Positions 8,201 through 16,629 of a stretch of DNA of 32,000 nt are shown here, piece after piece. This stretch comes from Trichodesmium erythraeum IMS101 (GTDB lineage: Bacteria > Cyanobacteriota > Cyanobacteriia > Cyanobacteriales > Microcoleaceae). The DNA is taken from the NCBI RefSeq assembly GCF_000014265.1, contig NC_008312.1, positions 5,370,001 through 5,402,000 on the forward strand, written 5' to 3'. A model generated the notes under the pieces. It did no database searches. It was given only the letters and a program-made list of their open reading frames with translations, and was not told the DNA's origin. The stretch's first letter is position 1; each line of letters begins with the position of its first letter. A program made the position numbers and the translations under genes.

Positions 8201-9440
8201 CAATGTCAATATCCAAGGTAGATTAAATGAAAATTATATCAAAAGTCGGTTAGAAAAAGCCACCACGGCTCCTCTGAATCAAGAAAAATTGTTGTCTGCC
8301 CTACAAATATTACAAATAGACCCTTTAGTCAAAACTCTATCTGCGGAACTTTCATCCGGAGTCCGCCCAGATACAAGTAGGTTAGACATAAGAATAGAAA
8401 CAGCTAACCCCTGGCAAATAGAAACTATCAGTAATAATGGCAGGGCACCAAGTGTGGGAACATTCAGGCGAGGGGTAGAGGTAGGCCATAGAAATGTTAC
8501 AGGTATTGGAGACAGTTTAAGTGCTCTCTATACTAATACTGATGGCAGCGATATGGTAGAAGTATCTTATGCTATTCCTGTGAACTCCAGTAATGGTCGT
8601 ATCGAACTATTTTATCGCCACAGAGATAATAAGGTGGTAGAATCACCTTTTGAAAGACTTGATATTGAGTCAAATTCAAATACTTACAAGTTATCATTTA
8701 GTCAACCAATAATGCAAACACCCTGGCAAACTTTAAGTTTGGGTTTATCTGCAATAAAGCGAGATAGTCAAACTTCTATATTAGGAGAGAATTATCCATT
8801 ATCTGAGGGTGCTGATGAAAATGGGGAAACGAAATTATCAATTTTGCAGCTTTTCCAAGATTATGAACTACGGGGAAAAAATCAAGTTTTGGCGTTTAAT
8901 TCTCAGTTGAATGTAGGGTTGGGAATATTGGATGCTACAAAGAATAGTAATGAACCGGATGGTCGATTTTTTTATTGGCGGGGTCAAGGACAATGGGTGC
9001 GTGAGTTAGGCAAAAATACTTTGTTGGTGATGGGAGCAGATCTACAGTTATCTCCATCTGATTTGGTGCCTAAGGAAAGGTTTGGTTTAGGGGGTTATCG
9101 AAGTGTGAGAGCTTATCGTCAGGATACTCGTTTGACAGATAATGGAGCGTTGGGAACAGTGGAGTTGCGGTTGCCCGTGCCCTGGATATCTGGAAAAAAT
9201 AGATTATTTCAGGTAGTGCCGTTTATTGATGGGGGGGTAGCATGGAATAGTGATGGTAAAGAGGAGGAAGGAAGTAAGGCTTTGGCGGCGGCCGGGGTGG
9301 GGTTGCAGGTAAATTTATGGGAGAAGATAAATATGCGCTTAGATTATGGAATTCCTTTAGTGGATGTGGACTCCCTAGATAAAACGGCTCAGGAGGAAGG
9401 GTTTTATTTTTCTTTTTCTACTACTCCTTTTTCTTTTTGA
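5265..9440 (+). CDS. Single-polypeptide fusion of a TpsA-like passenger (TPS/haemagglutination-activity domain plus repetitive beta-helix) with a TpsB-like transporter (2 POTRA plus ShlB/FhaC/HecB-type barrel)
   Basis: 1391-aa uninterrupted ORF. Hydrophobic signal region ...FGFFSPSALA/QLQPDNTLGEENSVV. TPS motifs GANLFHSFQEFNI, FSNPDGVQNILTRVTG and FINPNGIIFG (NPNG at 5787). Gly/Asn/Thr-rich beta-helix repeats. The conserved cyanobacterial TpsA C-terminus is present (NPCRQGQKSKFIITGRGGLPP...EAQGWISNSQGIELI). A Pro-rich linker follows, then POTRA-like KVTIKQFNFEGNTKFSNQEL...LRVVEGKVGEINV, then a barrel ending in FYFSFSTTPFSF. Confidence 0.85.
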   Translation: MNFYFVVTRQYLLKSHTNFTITLRRKSSTINRYLRTESLNSEDLWRNLTLSVFLLFGFFSPSALAFFIHFLLFGFFSPSALAQLQPDNTLGEENSVVTPNINIKGIESDRIDGGAQRGANLFHSFQEFNIQQGRGVYFSNPDGVQNILTRVTGNNGSNILGTLGVDGKADLFFINPNGIIFGPEAKLDVQGSFYGATADSILFKNGFEFASSDPQAPPLLTVNVPIGLRLPEKPGSILVEGQGHNINMSEYLETYGYRNRKEDRNLGLEVSQGQTLGLVGGDIFLRGGNLTSDGGRVELGSVQNGVVEITTDRTLSYDKNLEFGQIILSEASSIDISGNGRVEFQIQGEEINVQDNSLILGKILGDEDGGNSIIRASKSIKIGPTKPFEKIPVKIKIVNFTYTFNKTMSSIFLNTYGKGDVGELRVKTESLTLQDGAVIYTGTVGQGNAGNLTVSARDIEINGGNYATGFFPTTLAEGNGGNLTVEVAESLTLQDGAVMSAGTGYQGNAGNLTVSARDIEMSGFVVVTTITETTGNGGNLTVEVAESLTLQDGAVMSAGTVGQGNAGNLIVSATDIEIIGKSPDGKSFSRLTAEATNESTGAAGTITINTETLNLRNEAEIIVTSATQQAAGDLIINSNNIRIENQASLKAETKGGQGSITINNNKDLILRNNSNITTNSEGTATGGNITINTENLVARDNSDITANAVEGFGGRVNITAAGIFGTEFRPEQTEKSDITATSKLGASFSGEVNINTPDVDPSDGLVEFEDTIPDISNLLDQNPCRQGQKSKFIITGRGGLPPTLEEPLAPTYLWQDSETSVTPPPAITPSEQEFIEAQGWISNSQGIELITDPETATPTSPWLIPPNCEQLDTFEPPPYLLASSKGNIPTSTSEPLKVTIKQFNFEGNTKFSNQELQQQLTPYLNKPITFAQLIAARTAITKFYTKNNYITSGAFIPPQTMAENGTVTLRVVEGKVGEINVNIQGRLNENYIKSRLEKATTAPLNQEKLLSALQILQIDPLVKTLSAELSSGVRPDTSRLDIRIETANPWQIETISNNGRAPSVGTFRRGVEVGHRNVTGIGDSLSALYTNTDGSDMVEVSYAIPVNSSNGRIELFYRHRDNKVVESPFERLDIESNSNTYKLSFSQPIMQTPWQTLSLGLSAIKRDSQTSILGENYPLSEGADENGETKLSILQLFQDYELRGKNQVLAFNSQLNVGLGILDATKNSNEPDGRFFYWRGQGQWVRELGKNTLLVMGADLQLSPSDLVPKERFGLGGYRSVRAYRQDTRLTDNGALGTVELRLPVPWISGKNRLFQVVPFIDGGVAWNSDGKEEEGSKALAAAGVGLQVNLWEKINMRLDYGIPLVDVDSLDKTAQEEGFYFSFSTTPFSF
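5421..5510 (+). repeat. In-frame tandem duplication (39-nt unit, 51-nt period) inside the signal-peptide coding region
   Basis: tttctcctctttggatttttttccccctc(t/c)gccctcgct occurs at 5421-5459 and 5472-5510 with one synonymous difference. It encodes FLLFGFFSPSALA twice. Confidence 0.9.
5511..6250 (+). other. TPS (two-partner-secretion / haemagglutination activity) domain of the fusion protein (approximate bounds)
   Basis: It starts right after the predicted ALA/Q cleavage site and contains the NPxG-type motifs listed above. Boundaries are estimated by eye. Confidence 0.6.
6531..7010 (+). repeat. Three near-identical in-frame repeats (periods 180 and 171 nt) in the passenger beta-helix
   Basis: gaaagtttaacgctgcaagatggagccgttat starts at 6549, 6729 and 6900. 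The encoded unit is GNGGNLTVEVAESLTLQDGAVMSAGTxxQGNAGNLTVSARDIE. Confidence 0.85.
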
Positions 9441-9467
9441 GCAGGGAGGTAAACTGATAGGATGAAT
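7372..9467 (+). repeat. Copy B of the 2.1-kb direct repeat
   Basis: See copy A. There are 10 mismatches in the first 60 aligned nt, versus 2 in 60 nt at 841-900 / 8212-8271. Confidence 0.9.
7950..9437 (+). other. TpsB-like module: two POTRA domains (about 7950-8415) and a ShlB-type beta-barrel (about 8416-9437)
   Basis: Motif reading: FEGNTxFSxxEL, ITxxYxxxxYITSGAxIPPQ and VxLxVVEGK are typical of ShlB-type POTRA. The segment is about 340 aa with alternating-polarity barrel sequence and a C-terminal Phe. Boundaries are approximate. Confidence 0.6.
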
Positions 9468-9563
9468 GATTACAGGGAATAGTGGCTAAGTTTTTCTTTG
9501 AAGTTTAATGGTAAAATTATATTAAGCTACTTCTATATCTAATAATTTATAATTTAACCATAG

Positions 9564-9580
9564 GCGAGCTAGAAGCTCGC
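9564..9580. terminator. GC-rich hairpin between convergent genes (possible bidirectional terminator, no clear U-tract)
   Basis: gcgagct-aga-agctcgc forms a 7-bp perfect stem. It lies 12 nt beyond the clpB stop and about 125 nt beyond the fusion-gene stop. Confidence 0.25.
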
Positions 9581-9591
9581 AATTTATATAA

Positions 9592-12309
9592 TCACCTTTT
9601 TACCAATTTTCCCTCCTCTTTTTTCTTAAAAACTAAACCACTATCTACAAAATCAATGATCACAACATCCCCACAAACAAACCTATTCTCCAAAATTTGA
9701 TTTGCCAGAGGATTTTCTAATTCTCGCTGAATTGCCCGCTTTAAAGGTCTGGCTCCATAAACTGGGTCATATCCTACTTCAGTAATGTGATCTAAAGTCG
9801 CATCAGTCAACTGCAAACTAATCTTTTGTTCTCCTAATAACCGTTCAATTCTCTTGACTTGAATTTCCACAATTTGACGTAATTCACTCTTCCTTAGAGT
9901 ATGGAATAAAATAATCTCATCTACCCTATTTAAAAATTCAGGGCGGAAATGTTTTCGCAGTGCTCCCATCACCCGCTTATACATCTCCTCATACTTAGAA
10001 TCATCTCCCGCCACATCTAAAATATACTCACTACCAATATTACTAGTCATCACAATTACAGTATTACTAAAATCAATAACCCGACCCTGAGAATCAGTAA
10101 TTCGACCATCATCCAAAACCTGCAACAAAATATTAAACACATCTGGGTGCGCCTTCTCCACCTCATCAAACAATACCAAAGAATAAGGATGTCGCCTGAC
10201 TGCCTCCGATAATTGACCCCCTTGGTCATAACCCACATATCCAGGGGGAGCACCCACCAAGCGAGCAACAGCATGTTTCTCCATATATTCCGACATATCA
10301 ACTCGTACCAAAGCATCATCCCGGTCAAAGAGAAACCCTGCCAATGCCCGCGCCAACTCAGTTTTACCAACCCCAGTCGGACCCAAAAACATAAACGAAC
10401 CAATGGGTCTTCCTGGGTCTTTCATTCCTGCTCTCGCCCTTCTAATAGCTGCTGCTACAGCTGCTACAGCTTCTGACTGCCCAATAACCCTTTGATGAAG
10501 ATGTTTTTCCAGTTGTAGTAATTTCTGCCGTTCCGACTCCAATAAACGATTTACCGGAATACCAGTCCACTTAGCAACAATTGTAGCAATATCCCCATCA
10601 GTCACCTGTTCTCGGAGGAGAAAAGAACCTTGAGCTTGCACTTTTAATAACTCTGCCTCTTGGGCTTCGCGATCGCGATGAACTGTTTCTAATTGCCCAT
10701 ATTTTAACTGAGCTGCCGTATTCAGATCATAAGCTCGTTCTGCTTGTTCTATTTGTACTTTAATTTTATCTTCTTCTGCCTTCAAAGAATTAATAGAATT
10801 TAACAACTCTTTTTCCCCAGACCATTGAGAAGAAAATTTCTCCTGCTTTTGCTTTAAACTATTAATTTCATTAGTAATGCGCTCTAAAGCAGGAGATACC
10901 TTTGTAGACAGAATAGCTTCAGAATTTTTTTCCTTATTAGTACCTGACAACTCTCCCTCAATAGAAAGTTTCTCCATTTCCAACTGCATTATCCGTCTGT
11001 CAATAGCTTCTAACTCAACTGGTTTAGAAGTAATTTCCATTTTTAATTGAGCAGCAGCTTCATCTACCAAGTCGATCGCCTTATCTGGCAAAAAGCGGTC
11101 AGAAATATATCGGTTAGACAAAGTAGCAGCAGCAACCAAAGCCGCATCAGTAATTTTCACACCGTGGTGAGTTTCGTAGCGGTCTTTCAACCCCCGCAAA
11201 ATAGAAATAGTATCCTCAACACTAGGCTGACCAACCTCTACTTTTTGAAACCGACGTTCCAGGGCAGCATCTTTTTCTATATGTTTGCGATATTCATCAA
11301 TAGTTGTTGCACCGATACAACGCAGTTCACCACGAGCCAGCATTGGTTTCAACAAATTTCCGGCATCTACACCAGAACTGTTACCCCCACCAGAACCTGC
11401 TCCAACAACTGTATGTAACTCATCAATAAACAGAACTATTTGACCATCAGAATGGGTAACTTCTCGTAAAACCGATCTAAGACGTTCTTCAAATTCTCCT
11501 CTAAACTTAGCCCCCGCAATGAGACTACCCATATCAAGACTAATAAGTTGACGTTCTTTAAGAGACTCTGGCACATCACCATTAACAATACGTTGAGCTA
11601 AACCCTCCGCGATCGCTGTTTTTCCCACCCCCGGTTCTCCAATAAGTACAGGATTATTTTTTGTCCGACGAGATAGACAACTAACCACCCGCCGAACTTC
11701 CTCATCTCTGCCAATAACCGGGTCAAGTTTACCTACTTTCGCTAACTCTGTCAGGTCACGCCCATATTTAGCTAAAGCATCATAAGTAGCTTCTGGGTTT
11801 TGGTCTTCGACTTTGCTACTACCTCGAAATGCTTTAATAGTTGCCTCTAGTTCTTTAAATTCAATTTGTAGAGTAGTTTGGGGGGGAGCAAAACCAGGGC
11901 GAGTTGGTAGTTGGGGAGTTCCACCACCAATAAGTTTATTACCCAGACGTTTATCTTCGTGAAAAGCGAGTAGAAAGTGTTCCACAGCAATAAATTTATC
12001 TTCCCACTTTTCTTTAGCTTGATCAGCCAGGTCTAAAAAAGTTTCCAGACCTTGACCTAAATATAGATGTTCTATACTGCCAACTTTAGGTTGACGTCTC
12101 ACAAAAGCATCTACTTGTTGTAGGAGCTTTTCTGGTTCTATACCAGAACGGCTTAAGATTTTATTCGCTGTGCCTTGTTGTTCTAGGAGGGCAATAATTA
12201 GGTGTTCTACTTCCAGTTGTTGGTTTTGGTAGCGTTTGGCAACGTCTTGGGATTTTACTATAGCATCCCAGGCTTGTTCTGTAAATTTGCTTGGGTCAGT
12301 TGGCTGCAT
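9592..12309 (-). CDS. clpB: ATP-dependent chaperone/disaggregase ClpB
   Basis: 905 aa. It has a Clp N-domain, two AAA+ modules with Walker A motifs GEPGVGKT and GPTGVGKT, and a long coiled-coil middle domain between them. Typical ClpB signatures RRFQKV and [10 protein letters not shown] are present. Confidence 0.95.
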   Translation of the reverse strand: MQPTDPSKFTEQAWDAIVKSQDVAKRYQNQQLEVEHLIIALLEQQGTANKILSRSGIEPEKLLQQVDAFVRRQPKVGSIEHLYLGQGLETFLDLADQAKEKWEDKFIAVEHFLLAFHEDKRLGNKLIGGGTPQLPTRPGFAPPQTTLQIEFKELEATIKAFRGSSKVEDQNPEATYDALAKYGRDLTELAKVGKLDPVIGRDEEVRRVVSCLSRRTKNNPVLIGEPGVGKTAIAEGLAQRIVNGDVPESLKERQLISLDMGSLIAGAKFRGEFEERLRSVLREVTHSDGQIVLFIDELHTVVGAGSGGGNSSGVDAGNLLKPMLARGELRCIGATTIDEYRKHIEKDAALERRFQKVEVGQPSVEDTISILRGLKDRYETHHGVKITDAALVAAATLSNRYISDRFLPDKAIDLVDEAAAQLKMEITSKPVELEAIDRRIMQLEMEKLSIEGELSGTNKEKNSEAILSTKVSPALERITNEINSLKQKQEKFSSQWSGEKELLNSINSLKAEEDKIKVQIEQAERAYDLNTAAQLKYGQLETVHRDREAQEAELLKVQAQGSFLLREQVTDGDIATIVAKWTGIPVNRLLESERQKLLQLEKHLHQRVIGQSEAVAAVAAAIRRARAGMKDPGRPIGSFMFLGPTGVGKTELARALAGFLFDRDDALVRVDMSEYMEKHAVARLVGAPPGYVGYDQGGQLSEAVRRHPYSLVLFDEVEKAHPDVFNILLQVLDDGRITDSQGRVIDFSNTVIVMTSNIGSEYILDVAGDDSKYEEMYKRVMGALRKHFRPEFLNRVDEIILFHTLRKSELRQIVEIQVKRIERLLGEQKISLQLTDATLDHITEVGYDPVYGARPLKRAIQRELENPLANQILENRFVCGDVVIIDFVDSGLVFKKKEEGKLVKR

Positions 12310-12587
12310 TTGAAGTATTTTAAATTTTTTCCTTTAAGGTTTTTTCTGGTATAGCACTTATAGATAATGGGGGATGACTGTAATATTTTTGTATAATGGG
12401 CATTTTGCCCATTTATTTTTTAGACTGGTATAGCAGTCCCCAAGGTACTTAGGATATTTTCCCTACACTTAAATTTAGTCTGTGCTGCGAGTTTAAGTTT
12501 TGATTTATGAGTTCTGAATTTTGATTTTAGTTATAGGGTAACTACCCCACTTATCATTCATTCTACTCCTCAGCAATATCTAACTTT

Positions 12588-13016
12588 TCAATTAGTATTA
12601 GCTGCAACTTTTTTTTCTAAGCTGCTGTTGTCACTCTTTAACTCAATTAGCTCTACTTTATATCCATTTGGGTCTTCTATAAAAGCAATAACTGTAGAAC
12701 CATGCTTCATTGGCCCTGGTTCCCTAGTAACTTTACCCCCTTGTTCTTTAATTTTTTCGCAAGTGCTATAAATATCATCAACACCCAAGGCAATATGGCC
12801 ATAAGCATTGCCTAAATCGTATTTATCAGTGTCCCAGTTATAGGTCAGTTCTAATACTGTATGGTTTAACTCATCGCCATAACCAACGAAAGCTAGAGTA
12901 AATTTGCCACCAGGGAAATCTTTTTTACGTAGTAGTTTCATGCCGAGGACATCACAGTAGAATTCTATAGATTTTTCTAAGTTATTGACTCGCAGCATGG
13001 TGTGTAAGAGTCGCAT
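12588..13016 (-). CDS. gloA: Lactoylglutathione lyase (glyoxalase I)
   Basis: [26 protein letters not shown]...LELTYNW...[10 protein letters not shown]...GYKVELIE matches the characteristic GloA/VOC motifs. AAGGAG lies about 7 nt upstream of the ATG. Confidence 0.9.
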   Translation of the reverse strand: MRLLHTMLRVNNLEKSIEFYCDVLGMKLLRKKDFPGGKFTLAFVGYGDELNHTVLELTYNWDTDKYDLGNAYGHIALGVDDIYSTCEKIKEQGGKVTREPGPMKHGSTVIAFIEDPNGYKVELIELKSDNSSLEKKVAANTN

Positions 13017-13437
13017 GGTTTACTCCTTATTCTTTGACTATATTTATATTGTGAGGCAATTTGGTTAATATTGGGAGTAGATATAGCATAAGTCAATAGG
13101 AGGGAATAACCATTCTCTGTATATTCCCAGCGCGGACTAAATTTAATTTAAGGGTTTGAGAATGTCCTAGTCATAACTACTCTGGCGACTGCTATATTGC
13201 TGTTGAGCAAAACTAGGAGCTTTCAAGCCTCTGGTCTTAGTAAAAGAGGTAGTAATGATATGAAAGTAAGACCATAGAGGGCGGACAACTAGACAATTTC
13301 AAAGCTATTACTACCTGTAAAGTTTTGATTCAACCTGAATGCTGAATACTATTACTGATAACTGAAGATACTTATATTATTAAATTTTCAATTCTCCAAA
13401 TAAGATAACCTATAATCTTTTTTACTTCTGTTTTTTT

Positions 13438-13896
13438 TTAATACTTAAGGTTACTAATTTTCTCCAATCTAAGTTTTCTTTCAACCACAGCCTGGTCAAT
13501 TTTTTGAACTCCTTCTAGTGAGATTAGTGACTTACATTGATTAACTAAACTATTCCAATTTAATAATGTTTTAATTGAGTTTGAATTCTCTATTTTTTTG
13601 ACATAAAACTGTGCCCAAAACTTAGGTACATACTTTTGCTTTCTAGTTTTTATTCGCTTTCGCCATTTAGCAAAGTCTGCTTTTCTTGGTGGTTCTACTC
13701 CTATTACTGGTGGCATATCTGCATAACTGACAAACCTACTTTTTCCTTTTCCTACAACATGAATTACATATTTCCAACAGCTAATTTTATAAATGTTATC
13801 CCATTGAATTCCTAAATGAAATGATAGTGCATCTATAGTTACAAATCTACCTAAAGGATGAGTATAAGTATATTTATTTTCCATACTTCTTTTCAT
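13438..13896 (-). CDS. Hypothetical basic protein (orphan ORF in a very AT-rich island)
   Basis: It is the only ORF of 60 aa or more in the 1.9-kb gap between gloA and lipA. It is Lys/Arg-rich (WRKRIKTRKQKY) and contains a GKGKS motif. No recognisable domain and no clear RBS. Confidence 0.35.
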   Translation of the reverse strand: MKRSMENKYTYTHPLGRFVTIDALSFHLGIQWDNIYKISCWKYVIHVVGKGKSRFVSYADMPPVIGVEPPRKADFAKWRKRIKTRKQKYVPKFWAQFYVKKIENSNSIKTLLNWNSLVNQCKSLISLEGVQKIDQAVVERKLRLEKISNLKY

Positions 13897-14596
13897 AAAA
13901 TATACCTGAAGGTTTAATATATGATTGTGGTCTTAAATTTTTATCTATATAGTTATATATTAATATGTATTAAATATAACTTGGGTATTTTGTCAACACA
14001 CAGTTAATCAGCTATTTTTTACACAAAAAAATTATTAAGCTCTAGGCAAAATTCAAAAGACAAAAGTTATCCAAGGCATTTTTACCCTGAAATATAAAAC
14101 TATATATTTTTATTCTACCAAATACTAGTGTAAAACCTACATTCCACAGGTCAAAATCTAGTATTTTAGATTGACCATTCAAAACTTTGCTTGATAATAC
14201 TAAGAAAAATTATAGATAACAATACATACTATATAAACTATTAATAACTGACTATTAGCACTGCTAAATATGTTAAATTTAAGTAGGATTTGTTGTTTGC
14301 TGATTTTGTCTATAAAGCCAATATAGTAAGTAGTTTTGGTGGGCTTAGGTTGGGTGGTACCCAGGAGGATAAAAAATTATTGAAGTAAAAATTTATTCAG
14401 AAAAAACTAGACCAAAATCAATGGATTTTGTAGTAAGATGTCATCAGTTTGTGAATTTTTAAACCCTTAACCTAATACTTGAAACGAGATAGCTGAACTA
14501 TTAATCAATAACTAATTTTATTTTTTGTTTCTACTGGGCAGTTTAATAATAAATAATAATAGAGGGACGTAGAGGCAAGGCCATAGAGGCAAGGCC

Positions 14597-14623
14597 AAAA
14601 TACTCCCATCTAAAAGATGGGAG
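14597..14623 (-). terminator. Candidate intrinsic terminator or small-RNA 3' end (minus-strand reading)
   Basis: A perfect 8-bp stem ctcccatc/gatgggag (14603-14610 / 14616-14623) with a 5-nt loop. On the minus strand it is followed by TATTTT. It lies about 270 nt downstream of the lipA stop, so assignment to lipA is uncertain. Confidence 0.3.
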
Positions 14624-14891
14624 GGGTTCGCTGAGGGTTAGGTGCAGTAGTCTGTAAAGGGTCAACCGTGTAGGAAAATTTTGGCTTCCTAGAATTATGC
14701 CCTTCCTCAATAGCCAAGGAGGATATCAAAAGACAAATTTATGTGAGATTCTATTCTGGAATACCAATGTTTATTAGCTAAAATCTTAGGAGTCCCAAAT
14801 TTATTGTCCTTGGTTATTAGATGAATGGCAGTATATGTCTTGTGAATAGAGGCAGAATATTCTGGAAGTTATTCCCAAATAATCTTAAATA

Positions 14892-15815
14892 CTATATCTC
14901 TCCAGCATGATAGGAGCTACGAACTAAGGGGCCAGAACGAACATGAGAAAAGCCCATTGAAAGAGCGATCGCCCCAAGATGATCAAATTCTTCTGGTGTC
15001 CAATATTTTTGTACTGGTAAATGTGCCAGGGAAGGTCGCATATACTGACCCAGAGTTATGCGATCGCATCCTACCTTTCTCAAGTCTCCCATTGCTTCTA
15101 CCACTTCAGTTTCCTTTTCTCCATGTCCCAACATCAAACCAGACTTAGTAGGAATACTGGGGTTTAACTCTTTAACAATTCGCAATACATCAAGCGATCG
15201 CTGATATTTGGCCCCACGACGTACAGGCCCTTGCAACCTAGAAACCGTTTCAATATTATGATTATAACAAGCTGGTTCAGCATTTACCACAATCTCAATC
15301 CGTTTTCTTTGTCTTTGAGCTAGAGGAACAGATAACTTTTCAGCCCCCCTGACCTTCTGACCACCCCAAAAGTCAGCAGTCAAAACCTCTATTTTCGCCT
15401 CTGGCTTCCGATCCCTAATAGCCATCATTGTAGCTACAAACCAACTAGCACCACCATCAGAGAGATCATCTCTAGCTACAGAAGTCAGTACTACATACTT
15501 CAAACCCAATAATTCCACTGCTTCCGCTACTTTTTGCGGTTCTTCTGGGTCCAAAGCCATTGGAGCGTGACCCTTATCTACTTGACAAAAAGCACAAGAC
15601 CTAGTACAGGTAGGACCCATTAACAAAAAAGTAGCAGTTTTTTGGGCATAGCATTCTCCTCGGTTAGGACAGCGACCTTCCTCACAAATTGTATGGAGCT
15701 GACGCTGTTTGATAGTTTTTTGTACAGTAGAAATCTCACTAGCTTTACCCAAAGAGGGGCGCAGCCACTTTGGCATACTCTGAATTTGGGCTTTCATCTT
15801 AATTGAATTGACCAT
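14892..15815 (-). CDS. lipA: Lipoyl synthase (radical SAM)
   Basis: [12 protein letters not shown] supplies the auxiliary cluster cysteines and [10 protein letters not shown] is the CxxxCxxC radical-SAM motif. The C-terminus RSSYHAG is typical of LipA. The ORF is open up to 15947, but the N-terminal 44 aa look non-homologous. ATG 15815 ([10 protein letters not shown]...) is the chosen start; 15797 is an alternative. Confidence 0.9.
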   Translation of the reverse strand: MVNSIKMKAQIQSMPKWLRPSLGKASEISTVQKTIKQRQLHTICEEGRCPNRGECYAQKTATFLLMGPTCTRSCAFCQVDKGHAPMALDPEEPQKVAEAVELLGLKYVVLTSVARDDLSDGGASWFVATMMAIRDRKPEAKIEVLTADFWGGQKVRGAEKLSVPLAQRQRKRIEIVVNAEPACYNHNIETVSRLQGPVRRGAKYQRSLDVLRIVKELNPSIPTKSGLMLGHGEKETEVVEAMGDLRKVGCDRITLGQYMRPSLAHLPVQKYWTPEEFDHLGAIALSMGFSHVRSGPLVRSSYHAGEI

Positions 15816-16629
15816 TTTTTTGTAGCCTTGACATTTTTCCGAAGTTAGGTAATCGTGAAAATAAATAGAAAATTTCTCAGTTTTCTTTCTGCCTCTGGTG
15901 CACTTATCTGCAAGAGTTTGATGTACACTTTTCTGACTCTGGCGCACTTGCCTGAAGTGAGTATTACTTCTAGTATATTGACAATAACTCCATAGTAGTT
16001 AAAATATCCGACGGCTCGCCGAGTCACTACTATACCAGTCAGCTAAGGTATAATAACACGTTTAAGAATAGTGTAAGAAGTGAATGCAATGATTTTTCTT
16101 CTTATAAAACTCTCAATTGAGCTTATAGCAGGTTTTCGGCCAAAGTTATTACATGCATGCACATCTGTCAACTTGTAACCTTAGAAATAATATAAAAATC
16201 CTCATCTTGGTAAGCATTTGTAATACATATATCCTATTTATTAAAATTTTTTCAAAGTCAAATTCTCGGAAAAATATTAAACATAAATACTTGCTTAATT
16301 ACTTACTCCTATTGAATAATATAATTTTTCTTAACTTCTTTTGTTGAGAACAAATAGCTATTAGCTCCTACAACTCAAGAACCCTGATGATATACTACAG
16401 ATTATGTTTCAAAATGAAGATTATAATAGTTATGTAAAAAATTAAAAATAATAACTTTGTAGATTTTTTACATAAAAACAAGTGAGTGTAAAAACAATGA
16501 TGCTATCCTTAGCATCAAAAAGCCCAGCACAATAGAATATCGGGTGGGAGTTACTACCCGTATTTATTGCTGATCATAACAATATAAGATGAAATTAAAA
16601 ACACCAACTCATCACTAGAGGAGCAAGTT

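Noticed and set aside
10056-11418. Three ORFs (115, 87 and 123 aa) within clpB
   Set aside because: They lie in an alternative frame or antisense to an unambiguous ClpB CDS and have no recognisable motifs.
12396-12415. Hairpin aatgggca-ttt-tgcccatt followed by a T-run on the plus strand, upstream of clpB
   Set aside because: It looks like a plus-strand intrinsic terminator, but there is no plus-strand gene upstream to terminate. It lies between the minus-strand gloA and clpB, where the minus-strand reading lacks a U-tract. The evidence is too ambiguous to call a terminator or an antisense RNA.
14620-14640. tRNA-like GGTTCG T-loop motif (ggggttcgctgagg)
   Set aside because: The flanks cannot form a T-stem and there is no acceptor or anticodon arm arrangement, so it is not a tRNA.
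15816-16027. N-terminal 44-aa extension of the lipA ORF, and the overlapping 60-aa ORF 15845..16027
   Set aside because: The extension ([22 protein letters not shown]...) is unlike LipA N-termini. Homology-like sequence begins near [20 protein letters not shown]. The 60-aa ORF has no support.
16153-16347. 64-aa plus-strand ORF in the lipA / response-regulator intergenic region
   Set aside because: Extremely AT-rich Ile/Asn/Leu/Lys low-complexity translation with no RBS. Most likely chance.
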